Source of the DNA: Eledone cirrhosa
Lineage: Eukaryota
Direction: 5' to 3'
DNA: 64,000 nucleotides
NCBI GenBank assembly: GCA_964016885.1
Contig: OZ024745.1
Coordinates: forward strand, 81,716,001 to 81,780,000
A model generated the notes under the pieces. The model searched no databases and had not been told where the DNA came from. It saw only the letters and a list, made by a program, of their open reading frames with translations. Made by a program: the position numbers and the translations under genes. Shown piece by piece: positions 63,197-64,000 of this stretch (positions within the stretch are counted from its first letter, which is position 1; every line of letters starts with the position of its first letter).

Positions 63197-64000
63197 CAAA
63201 GTTAAAGTCAAATTCACCTCGTGGACGAGAATGCGAGCACTCCTCTTTGTTTCGCCCGCGGATGGCTAACATAACCCCATCTCCCCCCGCCCCCACCCTC
63301 CAAACGCAATCCAAAACTTCAGAGTTGGTACCATAAATGTAGGCACCCTAAAGGGTCGCTAGATTCATTGAGGGTAAAAAACGATGTTATAAGCTTTTCT
63401 GGGTGGGAAACGACGATTGGCTGGGTGGAGTAGGAATCATGGTAGCAGAAAAGTGGGCAGATAAGATAATAGACGTAAATAGAGTGAACGACAGAATAAT
63501 TAAAATACGACTTGTCCTCAATAGAACTACGGTGACAGTAATATCTGCGTACGCACCCCAATCCGGACTGCCCGGCACTATAAAAGACAGATTCTATGAG
63601 ACACTGATGCTCACTACCTCCCAAATATCTGACAGTGACTATATAATTATTGCAGGCGACCTAAATGGTCACGTTGGACAACATTGTGACGGCTACGACG
63701 AAATCCATGGAGGCTATGGGTTTGGTACTAGAAATGAGGAAGGCTCCAGAATCCTGGAATTCTGTGATGCAAATAACCTAACTATCTGTAACACTAACTT
63801 CAAAAAACGTGACAATCACCTGATCACCTATAGATCCGGGGAACACACAAGCCAGGTAGATTATATCCTTACCAAAAGACGTGACAGAGTGTCTGTTGTA
63901 AACACTAAATCCCTCCCCCACGAAGAATGCACCTCCCAACATAGATTGATAATTAGCGACCTCATAGTCAGGACGAGACGTACTCGACGGCAGAAGAGGA
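63197..64000 (+). mobile_element. 5' end of an RTE LINE: UTR plus AP-endonuclease domain, running off the window
   Basis: FRVGTINVGTLKGR, then after a frameshifting deletion an open frame GGVGI..VISAYAPQ..IAGDLNGHVG..HGGYGFGTRNEEG..QVDYIL..SQHRL. Confidence 0.92.

Overview
This is AT-rich eukaryotic DNA with no prokaryotic features. It is most likely a cephalopod such as Octopus, inferred only from the SINE/RTE repeat landscape and microsatellite load. I recognise one host coding exon: a 131-nt ankyrin-repeat exon (42588-42718, +) of a myosin-phosphatase targeting subunit (MYPT1/PPP1R12, Drosophila Mbs-like). The rest of the window therefore appears to be two very large introns filled with nested transposable elements. 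These include many RTE-clade LINE fragments, CR1/L2-group fragments, three tRNA-headed SINE families, mariner and piggyBac relics with derived MITEs, and three copies of a non-autonomous Helitron-like element. The most notable observations are: (1) a canonical C4HC3 PHD-type zinc finger inserted inside the reverse-transcriptase domain of the RTE family, present in four copies; (2) a Helitron-like family whose 3' hairpin runs to the terminal CTAG, with one copy showing a fold-back duplication that copied the target DNA in inverted orientation; (3) a possible truncated HDV-like ribozyme at an RTE 5' end; (4) a variable-number 48-bp double-hairpin unit inside SINE/LINE 3' regions; and (5) several perfect 19-23 bp palindromes. 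All calls were made by eye with no database searches, and edges of degenerate repeats are approximate.
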